DNA from: Klebsiella phage vB_KaeM_KaOmega
Strand: one strand, 5' to 3'
Sequence record: MN013077.1
Length of the DNA stretch: 64,000 nucleotides
A program made the translations under genes and the position numbers. This document shows, in pieces, positions 44,886 to 53,662 of this stretch. The notes below the pieces were generated by a model. That model did no database searches. It was not told where the DNA came from and saw nothing but the letters and a program-made list of their open reading frames with translations. How positions within the stretch are numbered: position 1 is the stretch's first letter; each line of letters begins with the position of its first letter.

Positions 44886-45386
44886 TTAAAACGCATCACC
44901 AAAGTCCTCTTCTTCCTTGACGGGGCGCTTGAACTTAAAGTCCGGCCCCATGTACTCACTCAGGTAGTCGATATTAAGCGACCAATCCTGCTGGCTGCGC
45001 TGCCGCCATGTGGCGAACTCACTTTTCAGGTAGGCAATGGCCTGATCACGAGTGATCCCATTCACCTTCATGAATTGCTTGATCGCCCTTTCCAGTTTCC
45101 CGTTCTTCTCGGCGAGGCCAGGGTGGTGGAACTCATGGCACGGCGGACACAGGCTCATGAGGCCGACCAGTTTAACCTCTCCGTTTTCGAATGTCCAGCT
45201 TTCATGGCACTCAACTGGATGTTTTCTCCCATTGCCGCCCTGACCACCACAGATCTGGCACTTATAGTTGTGCTCGGCATAGCACTTACGCCGAATCTTA
45301 TCCCACTGGGCCTGCGTCAGGTAGGATCGCAGGTTGTTATCCCAAGCGGTCTGTGGGATAAGACAAATTTTATGCTTAATATTCAA
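44886..45386 (-). CDS. Cys/His-rich zinc-binding protein, possibly HNH-like (166 aa), TTG start
   Basis: ORF track; GAGGAGGA RBS-like sequence before the TTG; CQICGG...HPVECHE...CPPCHEFHH. Confidence 0.5.
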   Translation of the reverse strand: MNIKHKICLIPQTAWDNNLRSYLTQAQWDKIRRKCYAEHNYKCQICGGQGGNGRKHPVECHESWTFENGEVKLVGLMSLCPPCHEFHHPGLAEKNGKLERAIKQFMKVNGITRDQAIAYLKSEFATWRQRSQQDWSLNIDYLSEYMGPDFKFKRPVKEEEDFGDAF

Positions 45387-45389
45387 CTG

Positions 45390-45534
45390 CCTAATCCTCC
45401 TCTACAACCTCATAAACTTTGGTGATTGATCCATACCAATCTTCAAGTTTATCCTCCAGTAAGTGTTCTAGCCGCTCGGCAGTGACTCCCATCTCTTCCA
45501 ATTCACCAGGCTCACAGATTATCTTTAAAATCAT
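45390..45534 (-). CDS. possible small acidic protein (47 aa)
   Basis: manual ORF MILKIICEPGELEEMGVTAERLEHLLEDKLEDWYGSITKVYEVVEED; overlaps the NADAR gene end by 22 nt. Confidence 0.3.
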
Positions 45535-46069
45535 GCCTTACCCTCTGGTATCCGCCACACTTATCGATCAGCGCATCAGTCGCCCGGTCCCAAGCCTTAC
45601 CTAGCAGGTTAAGTCCCAGCCAATTCTGCTCTTCATGAATCATCGGGTGAAACTCATCCATGCCGATACCCCAGATCTTGTCTCGTGGTGAAGCCTCTAC
45701 GAAACTTCGGCCCCTCAGTCTGTGAATGATAGCAGCGCCACGCAGATCCAGATCGAACACGAGTCGGCAGTAGCAGACATTCTCGACGATCTGCTCTCGG
45801 GACTTCTCCCACAGTTCGTTGTTGAACCCCTTTACTTTACGACCAAGCATCTTGGCCTCTTGGGGATGGTAAGCCTCAACAATCTGCCGGGCGATGTTGA
45901 GGTCGGCGAACAGCATGGCCTTTTCGTACATCATCATGTGTTCCCCGGTGTAGAATTTTACACCCTCCTGCTCATGGCGCGGCAGAAAGAACGCCTTGTC
46001 ACTTCGATAATGATTACTGAACATGTCCTTCCAAGAATAGAAGAACACGTGCTTGTCTGTCACTTTCAT
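45512..46069 (-). CDS. NADAR (YbiA-like N-glycosidase) domain protein (185 aa)
   Basis: KIWGIGMD and ..LGLNLLGKAW motifs of the DUF1768/NADAR family; ATG at 46069 is ATGA-coupled. Confidence 0.75.
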   Translation of the reverse strand: MKVTDKHVFFYSWKDMFSNHYRSDKAFFLPRHEQEGVKFYTGEHMMMYEKAMLFADLNIARQIVEAYHPQEAKMLGRKVKGFNNELWEKSREQIVENVCYCRLVFDLDLRGAAIIHRLRGRSFVEASPRDKIWGIGMDEFHPMIHEEQNWLGLNLLGKAWDRATDALIDKCGGYQRVRHDFKDNL

Positions 46070-46266
46070 GATAGCACACTCCATACCAGCGCCCCAAACG
46101 CCATTAAAAGGAGAACGGCTATCAAAGTTAATGCCAAAGTAAAACCGACGACATCTCGGGCATACAGACCGAAGTCTTGGAATACCGGAATCATCACTGC
46201 CGGGATGATGCAGGCCACAACAATGATGAACAGTACGTAAATCCCGCCAAAAATCAAAGTCTTCAT
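46066..46266 (-). CDS. small membrane protein (66 aa, 2 TM)
   Basis: ORF track 46066..46311; ATG at 46266. Confidence 0.5.
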   Translation of the reverse strand: MKTLIFGGIYVLFIIVVACIIPAVMIPVFQDFGLYARDVVGFTLALTLIAVLLLMAFGALVWSVLS

Positions 46267-46601
46267 AGTCCATCTCCAAAAATAAGTGACGCCGGGCAAC
46301 TGATCCGGCAATCATCTGTTAAAGGGAACTCCTGGAGGTACTGTGCCAACAGGATGCTTGAGTTGTTGCTATACTGCCCGGCGTTGATGTGAATGTAAGA
46401 GATCTCCCACGGAAACAGGGGACTGTTCACGATATGAGTCTCTACGATATCCATCAATTGACCGAACGTGATCAGCGGCTCACCTTTTGACGGGAGGTAA
46501 AGACCAAACCGCAGGCCAGCCGGGCCAGTCGGTTCCATCTTACGGAACCCTACCGCTTTTGACATATCTACAGCAAAAACTTCAATTGTTACAGTTTCCA
46601 T
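46263..46601 (-). CDS. hypothetical protein (112 aa)
   Basis: ORF track. Confidence 0.55.
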   Translation of the reverse strand: METVTIEVFAVDMSKAVGFRKMEPTGPAGLRFGLYLPSKGEPLITFGQLMDIVETHIVNSPLFPWEISYIHINAGQYSNNSSILLAQYLQEFPLTDDCRISCPASLIFGDGL

Positions 46602-47113
46602 CAGTAGAGATCCTCGCTAAAAAGTTCGTCATCTGGGCCAGTCTTCTTACGAACAGTATTCAACTGCCCGGCATATTTTGCGATGATGACTGCCTCTTCT
46701 CGGGTGTGGTACTCACCCCACTGGTCGATGAACCCTTGGTCCTCCCCCGTAACGTGGTCGCTGACCACTTTATCACGAAGTTGGTCCAAGACCAAGGCCA
46801 TGTCCTTCGAATAGTGACGGGACCCTGGGATTACCAACACGCCACCATCTTTCAACTGAAAACGGTTTGCAGCGCACACGATGCGGCGCTGTAGTTTGCG
46901 ACCGTCCCACCAATCCGCAATTTTGTAGCACACATCAGGAAGGTCCTGCGGGATGTTTTTCTCAAGATAACCAAACACGTTTGCCTTCATCTTTCGAACG
47001 AAGTCCTCTTGCAACAAGCGGATCTGCGGATCAGCGTAGTTGCCATGAAGGTCGAGACTCAAGTCGGCATTACCGTTTGATACCACCATTGCGTATTCTT
47101 CAAATAACGTCAT
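46601..47113 (-). CDS. hypothetical protein (170 aa)
   Basis: ORF track. Confidence 0.55.
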   Translation of the reverse strand: MTLFEEYAMVVSNGNADLSLDLHGNYADPQIRLLQEDFVRKMKANVFGYLEKNIPQDLPDVCYKIADWWDGRKLQRRIVCAANRFQLKDGGVLVIPGSRHYSKDMALVLDQLRDKVVSDHVTGEDQGFIDQWGEYHTREEAVIIAKYAGQLNTVRKKTGPDDELFSEDLY

Positions 47114-47328
47114 CAGTTCCTCCAGTATACGTTTTTGTCTTTTGCTATCATGCGGCTTACTTCTTGTGCGGACAGTCGGTCATAACTTGCACCGTCTTCC
47201 CGGTAGGCACCGCACGGAACCCAATCCGGGGTGGAGAAGCTGTAGTGCTGATAGAAGATCGTTCCTTTGCAAATCTCCATTTCCAGCCACGGGAGGTGGG
47301 CAGACCTGATTTTGAAATATGTCATCAT
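47113..47328 (-). CDS. hypothetical protein (71 aa)
   Basis: ORF track 47113..47472; ATG at 47328 with GAGGTG RBS-like sequence. Confidence 0.5.
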   Translation of the reverse strand: MMTYFKIRSAHLPWLEMEICKGTIFYQHYSFSTPDWVPCGAYREDGASYDRLSAQEVSRMIAKDKNVYWRN

Positions 47329-47332
47329 CACC

Positions 47333-47542
47333 TCAGTGTTTAACGTATTTGGAGGGGCAGGAACCGCCGCCCTCGTGAGTGATTGCCACCGTGGTGCGCC
47401 CGTTGCTGTAGATGCACACCTTATCGCTGCCGTCGGTGTAGTAATCTTCCAAGTCAAGCGTCTGCGCTGCATGGGCCGCTGAGAAGTTTACCAAGCCTGT
47501 GATCAGGCATCCGAGTGCAAAACCTAAGATCAGTTCTTTCAT
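47333..47542 (-). CDS. small secreted protein (69 aa) with signal peptide MKELILGFALGCLITGLVNFSAAHA
   Basis: ORF track; hydrophobic N-terminus; shares a C..I...GGG...C pattern with the protein at 17340-17546. Confidence 0.55.
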   Translation of the reverse strand: MKELILGFALGCLITGLVNFSAAHAAQTLDLEDYYTDGSDKVCIYSNGRTTVAITHEGGGSCPSKYVKH

Positions 47543-48057
47543 TACATTTCCTCCATCGTTTGAGATACATCGTCTAAAAACTGTTTTTGGATCTGGTCGG
47601 CGTACTCGCCTTCTGTCGGCAAGCGCAGGATGTCAGCGCCCCAGCGGTTTGCGTTCATCATGATGTGCAGAGGTCCTCTGCGCCATTCACTGTACCATTC
47701 GTTCAGTTTGTCGTGCTCTTTGTGCATACTGTCCAACTGGTCAATAAGATAATACGCATGATTCAGGAACTTTGCAACCAATTTCACAATGTTTTCGTAC
47801 TTCGGTGGGAAAGGGTTGTATTCGAACATCTTGTCCAGGATAACCATCTCGCGGACCATTTCACGAACAGTGCCGATCGGATTGGCTACCGGGGAGTCTT
47901 CCCAGTTGAAGCGGTACAGGGACTCGCAAATCTCCTTGCATCGCTTCTCTTTCTTCTCTTGGCTCTTCGGGGCTTGGAAGAAGATCTCTGCCGGAGGGTA
48001 AACAGACACGTTGTTGATCCACTTTTCGATGAAGGTCAGGTTGATACTGTTGCTCAT
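47542..48057 (-). CDS. hypothetical protein (171 aa)
   Basis: ORF track. Confidence 0.55.
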   Translation of the reverse strand: MSNSINLTFIEKWINNVSVYPPAEIFFQAPKSQEKKEKRCKEICESLYRFNWEDSPVANPIGTVREMVREMVILDKMFEYNPFPPKYENIVKLVAKFLNHAYYLIDQLDSMHKEHDKLNEWYSEWRRGPLHIMMNANRWGADILRLPTEGEYADQIQKQFLDDVSQTMEEM

Positions 48058-48126
48058 GATATTTCCTCTTTCGTTGTTTGATGGTGGTAGTATACAGGAG
48101 TGGAGGCAGGAGTCAAGAGGCAGATA

Positions 48127-48158
48127 AAGAAAAACCGCCCCGGAGGGCGGTTGTTTTA
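48127..48158. terminator. bidirectional terminator AACCGCCCCGGAGGGCGGTT
   Basis: GC hairpin with A/T flanks. Confidence 0.7.
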
Positions 48159-48434
48159 GTATTGGTCTTCGGCGTAACGACGCTCGTTCTGCTTGTCACT
48201 TGGCAGGACATAGAACGCTTGCTCATCGTTACGGACCGGGGCCGGGCGAGGGGTCGGGTCCAGATGGGCCAGTTTGACACCCGACGGAATTTCGTTGATG
48301 GTGAAGGTGGTGTTGACCAGTTGGCCCGCCAGTTCATCCATACGCATGGAAACAAAAGCGGCGACGGAACGGCCCTCACGGTCAGCCAGGAAACGCAGTT
48401 TTTCGAAGGTTGCATCGTTGAAGTTAATGTTCAT
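48156..48434 (-). CDS. hypothetical protein (92 aa)
   Basis: ORF track. Confidence 0.55.
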   Translation of the reverse strand: MNINFNDATFEKLRFLADREGRSVAAFVSMRMDELAGQLVNTTFTINEIPSGVKLAHLDPTPRPAPVRNDEQAFYVLPSDKQNERRYAEDQY

Positions 48435-48507
48435 ATTGTAAATCTCCTTTCTGAATTATGTTTGGGTTAACCGCCCCCGAAGGGGCGGGGTACTGCATAG
48501 CGGGGTA

Positions 48508-48825
48508 TTACTCGCCGTCTTCTTCAGAAGCTCGGCCCATCAGGATGTCCAGTTCGTTCAGTTGTTCGATCTGGTCTTCCAGCGCCGCACGTTTTTTCTC
48601 TGCGGCGTCCTGCTTGTCGTACTCGCCGTTGATCAGGGTACGCAGGAATTTCGGGTCGATGTTCAGATCTTCTTTGGTGATCGCCAGAATACTCTTCAGG
48701 TCTTCGGCAGCATCTTTCTGCTTACGGATGGCGTCAACGCCTTCCTGAACAATGTTTGCCAGACGCTTACGAACAGCCGGGTCAGAAGGCAGGGTCTTGA
48801 TCAGTTCAACTTTTACTTTAGCCAT
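48508..48825 (-). CDS. hypothetical protein (105 aa)
   Basis: ORF track; AGGAGTAACACAAATG. Confidence 0.6.
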   Translation of the reverse strand: MAKVKVELIKTLPSDPAVRKRLANIVQEGVDAIRKQKDAAEDLKSILAITKEDLNIDPKFLRTLINGEYDKQDAAEKKRAALEDQIEQLNELDILMGRASEEDGE

Positions 48826-48869
48826 TTGTGTTACTCCTCTTCAGTGAATGTATGAGCATTATGCTCGTT

Positions 48870-48898
48870 TTAACTCAGTGTGTCAACAACTTTTTGAA
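48870..48898 (-). promoter_or_regulatory. minus-strand promoter TTGACA-N17-CATAAT
   Basis: seen in sequence upstream of the 48825 start. Confidence 0.5.
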
Positions 48899-48899
48899 A

Positions 48900-49076
48900 C
48901 TACCGGACGAACATTCGTCCTTGCTCGTAGTACCCGTTTTTAATACCACGGGGAGCAGACAGAGACTTTACCGCAGTACCTCCGCAATTGCAAGGGGCAG
49001 TTTCGCGCTCTGCAATCTTTCGATTCTTGTCAAATACTGCCCCGCACTCGGGGCATTTGTAAGAATACATCGGCAT
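48900..49076 (-). CDS. zinc-ribbon protein (58 aa; CPEC...CNC, FmdB-like)
   Basis: manual ORF MPMYSYKCPECGAVFDKNRKIAERETAPCNCGG...; TAATG-coupled to the MazG gene. Confidence 0.55.
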   Translation of the reverse strand: MPMYSYKCPECGAVFDKNRKIAERETAPCNCGGTAVKSLSAPRGIKNGYYEQGRMFVR

Positions 49077-49438
49077 TACTTGTCGGTCTCCAGGATCTTA
49101 CGCTCGGTCGACAGATCGCGGTTCTCTGCCAGTTCGTTATCGAACTTGCTCGGGTAGCGAGCCTTCAGCTTACGGATCACACGGTCCTGCTCGGCATCGA
49201 AGTCGGTGTTCAGGGCATCCATCGCCAGTGCCAGATACCACAGCAGGTCGCCCATTTCCTCTTTCAGGTTTGTGGTGTCCAGCGGTTTACCGTAGAACAG
49301 TGACTTCTTCAGAGCATCCTGAAACTCTGCCGCTTCCGTTACCAGTCCCATAGAGGCGTGAATCAGGCGCGGGCCAACCGCATCCAGATAAAAGTTATGG
49401 GACTCGGTACGAATGGCATCTTTAATAAACTGCGACAT
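49076..49438 (-). CDS. MazG-family nucleotide pyrophosphohydrolase (120 aa)
   Basis: GLVTEAAEF...EEMGDLLWYLA MazG motifs; ATG at 49438 with AAGGAGA RBS-like sequence. Confidence 0.75.
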   Translation of the reverse strand: MSQFIKDAIRTESHNFYLDAVGPRLIHASMGLVTEAAEFQDALKKSLFYGKPLDTTNLKEEMGDLLWYLALAMDALNTDFDAEQDRVIRKLKARYPSKFDNELAENRDLSTERKILETDK

Positions 49439-49492
49439 CAACTTCTCCTTTTCTGTTTCAGTGGGGCCATTATACATGACCCCGGCACACTG

Positions 49493-49933
49493 TCAACGAC
49501 TTTCGTAAAACTTTTTTGCTTGCTCACGACGTTTTTTGTCACGAGCCTCCTTCTCGATCCGGTTGGCCTCGTTCCATTTGCGCCAACGTTCACGTTGAAC
49601 GGAGTGGGCAACTTTGTAGACACGATTTTTCTCGTGCTGGTTCATCCAATCCAAATCGCCTTCTACAATGGCACATTCATGGAAACTATCCCAGTACAAG
49701 AAAGTCTTAGCCAAACGCTCGGTATCCAAGATAACATACTCTGCTAACTGGCAGCGCTTACGGTCGTCAGACGACAAATTGTCGTAGACGTCCAAGATCT
49801 TCTTCTCTCTGATCAAATCCATAATCAGTGTCACCGGGGGCCGGGTGGCCCGCCGTGGAGTGATATACTTATCCCATGCCCATACCAAGACCAGAAGAAT
49901 AAACAAACCTGTGCAGACCCATAACCCCGTCAT
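49493..49933 (-). CDS. membrane-anchored protein (146 aa) with N-terminal TM and basic C-terminus
   Basis: ORF track; ATGA overlap with the ligase gene. Confidence 0.55.
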   Translation of the reverse strand: MTGLWVCTGLFILLVLVWAWDKYITPRRATRPPVTLIMDLIREKKILDVYDNLSSDDRKRCQLAEYVILDTERLAKTFLYWDSFHECAIVEGDLDWMNQHEKNRVYKVAHSVQRERWRKWNEANRIEKEARDKKRREQAKKFYESR

Positions 49934-51297
49934 TCCAGATCCTCCGCAATTGCCCGCAGCAGATCCAGCAGGGAGTCAGACGCTTCGATCACTTCCTCCA
50001 GACTGTTCGCCTTAGTCTTGTCCATGCGAATCTCAACGAATTTGTAGTTGAGTCGCGGCAGGAACAGAGACTGAAGCTCTTTGGTCTCTGACTTGGTGAT
50101 GTCGTTAGCCTTGATCGTAATGATCTGGCCTATGAAGTATTCCGATGGCTTCTTGCGAAGAGCATCGGTAAGGCCGGAGCCAACGCCAACTTCCAGCAGT
50201 CCGTCACGAGTACGACAGATCAGTGCGCCGACGAGGCTCGGATCTTTCTTGTGCGGCGTTGTAGCCACGACTTCCAGATCAACATCGAACTCGTTCTTCA
50301 ACTTGACGCCTTTCTTCGTCTTGTTGTCTCCCCACGGCATCTTCGCCTCTTTGAGGACGGTGCCCTCTTTCTTCTGGAGACGCATCTCGATGAAGTGGTC
50401 GATCGCTTCCTTCAGGCTATTGATCTTACGCCCCGTAACCATACGGAAATTATAAGGCAGATCAACATCGCGGACGAGTAGGTCGGCATCAATTCGACGA
50501 TCTGCGTAGTCGGTCTTGGACTTACGATCGATATACTCTTCCATCGTCACGATGTCCCAGATCACCAAGCGTACACGATCACGATCGATGTCTTCAGGGT
50601 CTTGGTTAAGGTAACCGTTGCCTTCTGCACGTTCCATAACCCCATGCAGGCCATTTTCGTCAATAACCAAGCCTTCACCGTGCGCCACAAAAGCACCACG
50701 GCTTTCTGCCGCCTGCATGAGGCGTTGCTCAACATCCTCCGGAGCACGGAAGTTCAGTTCCTTCCCGGAGCGGGAACGGTAGATCACTTGCTCAGGCCAC
50801 ACCATGATGTCCGCATACAGACCGTCCATCTTCTCGTCGGAGAAAGCGCCCTTGTAGTTGAACTTACGCAGCAGATCCTCTTTGAACAGGGTGTAACTCT
50901 GATACGGCGGCTCCGTGATCAGATCTTTCCACACCTTGTTGGTCAGAGTCGTCTGAATGCCGCACTCCAGATCTCGGTTGATGATCTTCAGCAGGGTGCT
51001 AGGCTCTTCGCAGGTTTGCACCAGTTGTTCCATGTACGACTTGGCATCGTCGCCCGTATAAACTCGCCCAGCGATGTTCTTCACCAGCAGATCCACGCTT
51101 TCCGCCAGCGGAGTCAGTCCATTAGTGAAGAACGGAACCCTCAATCCACGGACGAAGAAATTCAGTTCTTTGGAGTAAGCGATCCGGAAGGATTGTTTAA
51201 GGCCCTCATTATCGGCATTGGCTCGCAGGATCGCTTCCTTCTCCTTCAGGGATCGGGTTGCAGACAACTCTGCGAGAATACTCGTTACGTTTGACAT
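49930..51297 (-). CDS. ATP-dependent DNA ligase
   Basis: KxDG adenylation motif (SDEKMDGLYAD) plus ligase OB-fold region; 455 aa. Confidence 0.85.
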   Translation of the reverse strand: MSNVTSILAELSATRSLKEKEAILRANADNEGLKQSFRIAYSKELNFFVRGLRVPFFTNGLTPLAESVDLLVKNIAGRVYTGDDAKSYMEQLVQTCEEPSTLLKIINRDLECGIQTTLTNKVWKDLITEPPYQSYTLFKEDLLRKFNYKGAFSDEKMDGLYADIMVWPEQVIYRSRSGKELNFRAPEDVEQRLMQAAESRGAFVAHGEGLVIDENGLHGVMERAEGNGYLNQDPEDIDRDRVRLVIWDIVTMEEYIDRKSKTDYADRRIDADLLVRDVDLPYNFRMVTGRKINSLKEAIDHFIEMRLQKKEGTVLKEAKMPWGDNKTKKGVKLKNEFDVDLEVVATTPHKKDPSLVGALICRTRDGLLEVGVGSGLTDALRKKPSEYFIGQIITIKANDITKSETKELQSLFLPRLNYKFVEIRMDKTKANSLEEVIEASDSLLDLLRAIAEDLE

Positions 51298-51391
51298 TTG
51301 GTCTCCTCATTAACGCCACAATTGTAAGCCCGGCGAGAATAGCGCCGCCGAGAATTAAGAATACCGCAATAAACCGGATCGCGTCAAGCAT
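51209..51391 (-). CDS. possible small membrane protein (60 aa) overlapping the ligase start
   Basis: ORF track; ATG coupled to the upstream stop; overlaps the ligase N-terminus by about 89 nt. Confidence 0.3.
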   Translation of the reverse strand: MLDAIRFIAVFLILGGAILAGLTIVALMRRPNVKRNEYSRRVVCNPIPEGEGSDPASQCR

Positions 51392-51809
51392 TATCTAGTG
51401 ACCAGAGCAATACCGACTCTTCTACCTCAAAGTCGTAATCATCAACTTGACCGGACTCACGATCGATATGCGTGTGATAACTGCACGTCCAGCGATAAAC
51501 ACCAGGGTCCATGTCATCCACATCTGGAGGGAGTCCGAGATATTCCGCCTCCGGACCATTGTCCAGAAGAGCAGGGTGAATGTTCGGTGTTTCCAGAACA
51601 GTTACACGTCCTGCATAATCGACAGCCACAATCCACACACTCCCGTTAGGAGAGTCGTAATCAGGCTCATCTTCGTCATCAAACGGCTGGATCTCTTCCT
51701 CCCGAGGGAAGTCTTTCAACTTTTCACGGGGAGATTCCTCAATTTTTGGCTGCTCAAGGCATCGTCCGATTCCTGCATCCAGCCACATCTCCGATAAACT
51801 CTTAGCCAC
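51384..51809 (-). CDS. hypothetical acidic protein (141 aa), GTG start
   Basis: ORF track; GGAGG RBS-like sequence 5 nt before the GTG. Confidence 0.55.
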   Translation of the reverse strand: MAKSLSEMWLDAGIGRCLEQPKIEESPREKLKDFPREEEIQPFDDEDEPDYDSPNGSVWIVAVDYAGRVTVLETPNIHPALLDNGPEAEYLGLPPDVDDMDPGVYRWTCSYHTHIDRESGQVDDYDFEVEESVLLWSLDNA

Positions 51810-52026
51810 GCTTACCTCCGAGGTAAAGTATGTTGATCTCGTGCTTCAGGAGCGCGATCTCATTCTCCAGGATGCTATCGAGAGCCTCCAAATGCTTCAC
51901 CGTACCTTTCGGTGGGTGAAGACCATCTTTACGGAACATTGCCAAGGTTCTCAGTGTACCTTGGATTGCATCACGACGTAGCTGCCGCTTCAGGATTGCT
52001 TTGTCCAGTTTGTTCTTTCTGCTCAC
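51802..52026 (-). CDS. hypothetical protein (74 aa), GTG start
   Basis: ORF track; AAGGGG RBS-like sequence; overlaps the upstream gene by about 56 nt. Confidence 0.4.
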   Translation of the reverse strand: MSRKNKLDKAILKRQLRRDAIQGTLRTLAMFRKDGLHPPKGTVKHLEALDSILENEIALLKHEINILYLGGKRG

Positions 52027-52237
52027 GAACCCACCCCTTTGATTTCATATACGCCTCTGCCGAGGGCCAGTTGTTATCGACGACAGCCTTTAACCAATCA
52101 TGGTCAAGACCGTCATGGACGTGTTCTGAGTACAGGTCGTTAATTGTCTCCAAGTGATCCTCTTGACCTTGGTCAACGAGATAATCACGGAGCGCCGTCA
52201 CCCGGCGACCCAGCTTGCACGATTCGCAATCACACAT
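51971..52237 (-). CDS. hypothetical protein (88 aa) with N-terminal CDCESC
   Basis: ORF track 51971..52285; ATG at 52237 with GGAGGA RBS-like sequence. Confidence 0.55.
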   Translation of the reverse strand: MCDCESCKLGRRVTALRDYLVDQGQEDHLETINDLYSEHVHDGLDHDWLKAVVDNNWPSAEAYMKSKGWVREQKEQTGQSNPEAAATS

Positions 52238-52571
52238 CAACTTCCTCCACGACGCGAAGTCTTTGAGCCAGAACCCAAGTTCCACCTTGTGACTCTGGTC
52301 TCTGGAATGTTCTGATCCCCTGAACCCTCACCTTGAACCACTTCCGAGTTTCCCCAGACTTCAGGTCGGTTTTCAGATGTGGGGCAACAGGGGCCAGTGT
52401 ACAGTGCCAGCCGGGCCGCAGGGCGAATCCCTTTGTCGGGTGGGACTCTGCCTCCATCCACTGCCCCGGCACCACTACGAGCTTCCTGTTGATAAACAGA
52501 GGCCCTATCGTACCATCTTTCCGCACACGGAACAACTTGTATGCGGTTATTTCAAGACATATCTCAGCCAT
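52230..52571 (-). CDS. hypothetical protein (113 aa)
   Basis: ORF track 52230..52649; ATG at 52571. Confidence 0.5.
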   Translation of the reverse strand: MAEICLEITAYKLFRVRKDGTIGPLFINRKLVVVPGQWMEAESHPTKGFALRPGWHCTLAPVAPHLKTDLKSGETRKWFKVRVQGIRTFQRPESQGGTWVLAQRLRVVEEVDV

Positions 52572-52866
52572 CAATATGCTCCAGAACCAGCAGGTGTTTG
52601 CACCGCTTGTTGTTTGCCCAGACCAGAAGCGCCATGTCCATCCATGCAACCTGATCCGGGTCTCCGGTCACGGTTAAGTGCATGTTGTCACAGTTCTGCC
52701 TTACTTTCGTCACAGTGAAGTCAATATTGGCCCGGTTCATCCTTTCCTCAAGATACTCCAACTGGTCGTTCAGATCAATACTCCATTTGTAAAATCGCGG
52801 TTTTTCTTGTGCCCGGTAGATCTCTTCCATGCGATCAACCACGCCATCCGCAAAACTCAGTGTCAT
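52564..52866 (-). CDS. hypothetical protein (100 aa)
   Basis: ORF track 52564..52926; ATG at 52866 is ATGA-coupled. Confidence 0.5.
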   Translation of the reverse strand: MTLSFADGVVDRMEEIYRAQEKPRFYKWSIDLNDQLEYLEERMNRANIDFTVTKVRQNCDNMHLTVTGDPDQVAWMDMALLVWANNKRCKHLLVLEHIDG

Positions 52867-53069
52867 TCTACCCCCTTCATTCCAGCCCGGCACTCTGGGC
52901 AATACCAAACCCCTAAGCCAGGACATTCCGAATCTTCCACATAATTGTCGGGTTTGTCCGATACAGTCACTGATTGACCGATCACCGCCCCCGGTATTTT
53001 GTAGAAACAGATATGCGGCCCAACACCATAGTGAGGGTATGACCCATCAGCACAGTTACCACACATCGC
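52863..53069 (-). CDS. Cys-rich zinc-finger-like protein (68 aa; CGNC...CPECRAG)
   Basis: ORF track 52863..53204; ATG at 53069 with GGAAGA RBS-like sequence. Confidence 0.45.
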   Translation of the reverse strand, partial: AMCGNCADGSYPHYGVGPHICFYKIPGAVIGQSVTVSDKPDNYVEDSECPGLGVWYCPECRAGMKGVE

Positions 53070-53283
53070 GTTTCTTCCCACGAGGATGCAGATCCATATC
53101 CACAGCCAAGAACGGATTCTTACGCGCCCAGCGCTCTTCTTTGGTCTCCAGCCCATAGTTAAGATAGGACAACAACCAACGGCCCAGCACAACAGCCAAC
53201 ACAATGATCACCACGAAGGCTACCAAGTCCAACTCTCGTTGATTCAGGCCGAATGCCACGATATCGTTCACACATTGTTTCAT
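53056..53283 (-). CDS. small membrane protein (75 aa)
   Basis: ORF track 53056..53298; ATG at 53283. Confidence 0.5.
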   Translation of the reverse strand: MKQCVNDIVAFGLNQRELDLVAFVVIIVLAVVLGRWLLSYLNYGLETKEERWARKNPFLAVDMDLHPRGKKRDVW

Positions 53284-53381
53284 GATTTTCTCCCGCACAA
53301 TGATTTAATGAAGACTGTCAAGAGACAGACCGCTGTCAGGTAGACACCAACACATAGCATGATTTTCATAAATTCCATCAT
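53280..53381 (-). CDS. possible 33-aa hydrophobic peptide MMEFMKIMLCVGVYLTAVCLLTVFIKSLCGRKS
   Basis: manual ORF; TGATG and ATGA coupling at both ends. Confidence 0.35.
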   Translation of the reverse strand: MMEFMKIMLCVGVYLTAVCLLTVFIKSLCGRKS

Positions 53382-53662
53382 CAGATCATCTCCATCGTAA
53401 TCAGTACATTGTCGAGGTCATCAGCAGTAAGCTGGAGTTCAGACTTCATACTATCTTCCACACGATGATAAATCAACCCCTTTTCCACATATTTAATCAT
53501 CACATCATAATATTTTCCCAACAGGGTGTCCCATCCACATTCGTAAACAGACACCATGCAGACTTTCAGGCCAGCTTTTGCTGAGTGCCATGCCTCACGC
53601 ACAGCTTCCAGGTGGGCTAATTCCAGTTCGTCAATTTTATTACGTTGCTTATTACTTAACAT
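53381..53662 (-). CDS. hypothetical protein (93 aa); first gene of the minus-strand block
   Basis: ORF track. Confidence 0.55.
   Translation of the reverse strand: MLSNKQRNKIDELELAHLEAVREAWHSAKAGLKVCMVSVYECGWDTLLGKYYDVMIKYVEKGLIYHRVEDSMKSELQLTADDLDNVLITMEMI

Noticed and set aside
50602-51294. 230-aa + strand ORF antisense to the DNA ligase gene; similar long antisense ORFs at 56280-57302 (-) opposite the NAMPT-like gene, 34537-35517 (+) opposite nrdA, 12558-13124 (+), 28841-29497 (+) and 44538-45425 (+)
   Set aside because: These are shadow ORFs in GC-balanced coding DNA opposite clearly homologous genes, with no RBS-like sequences or promoters.
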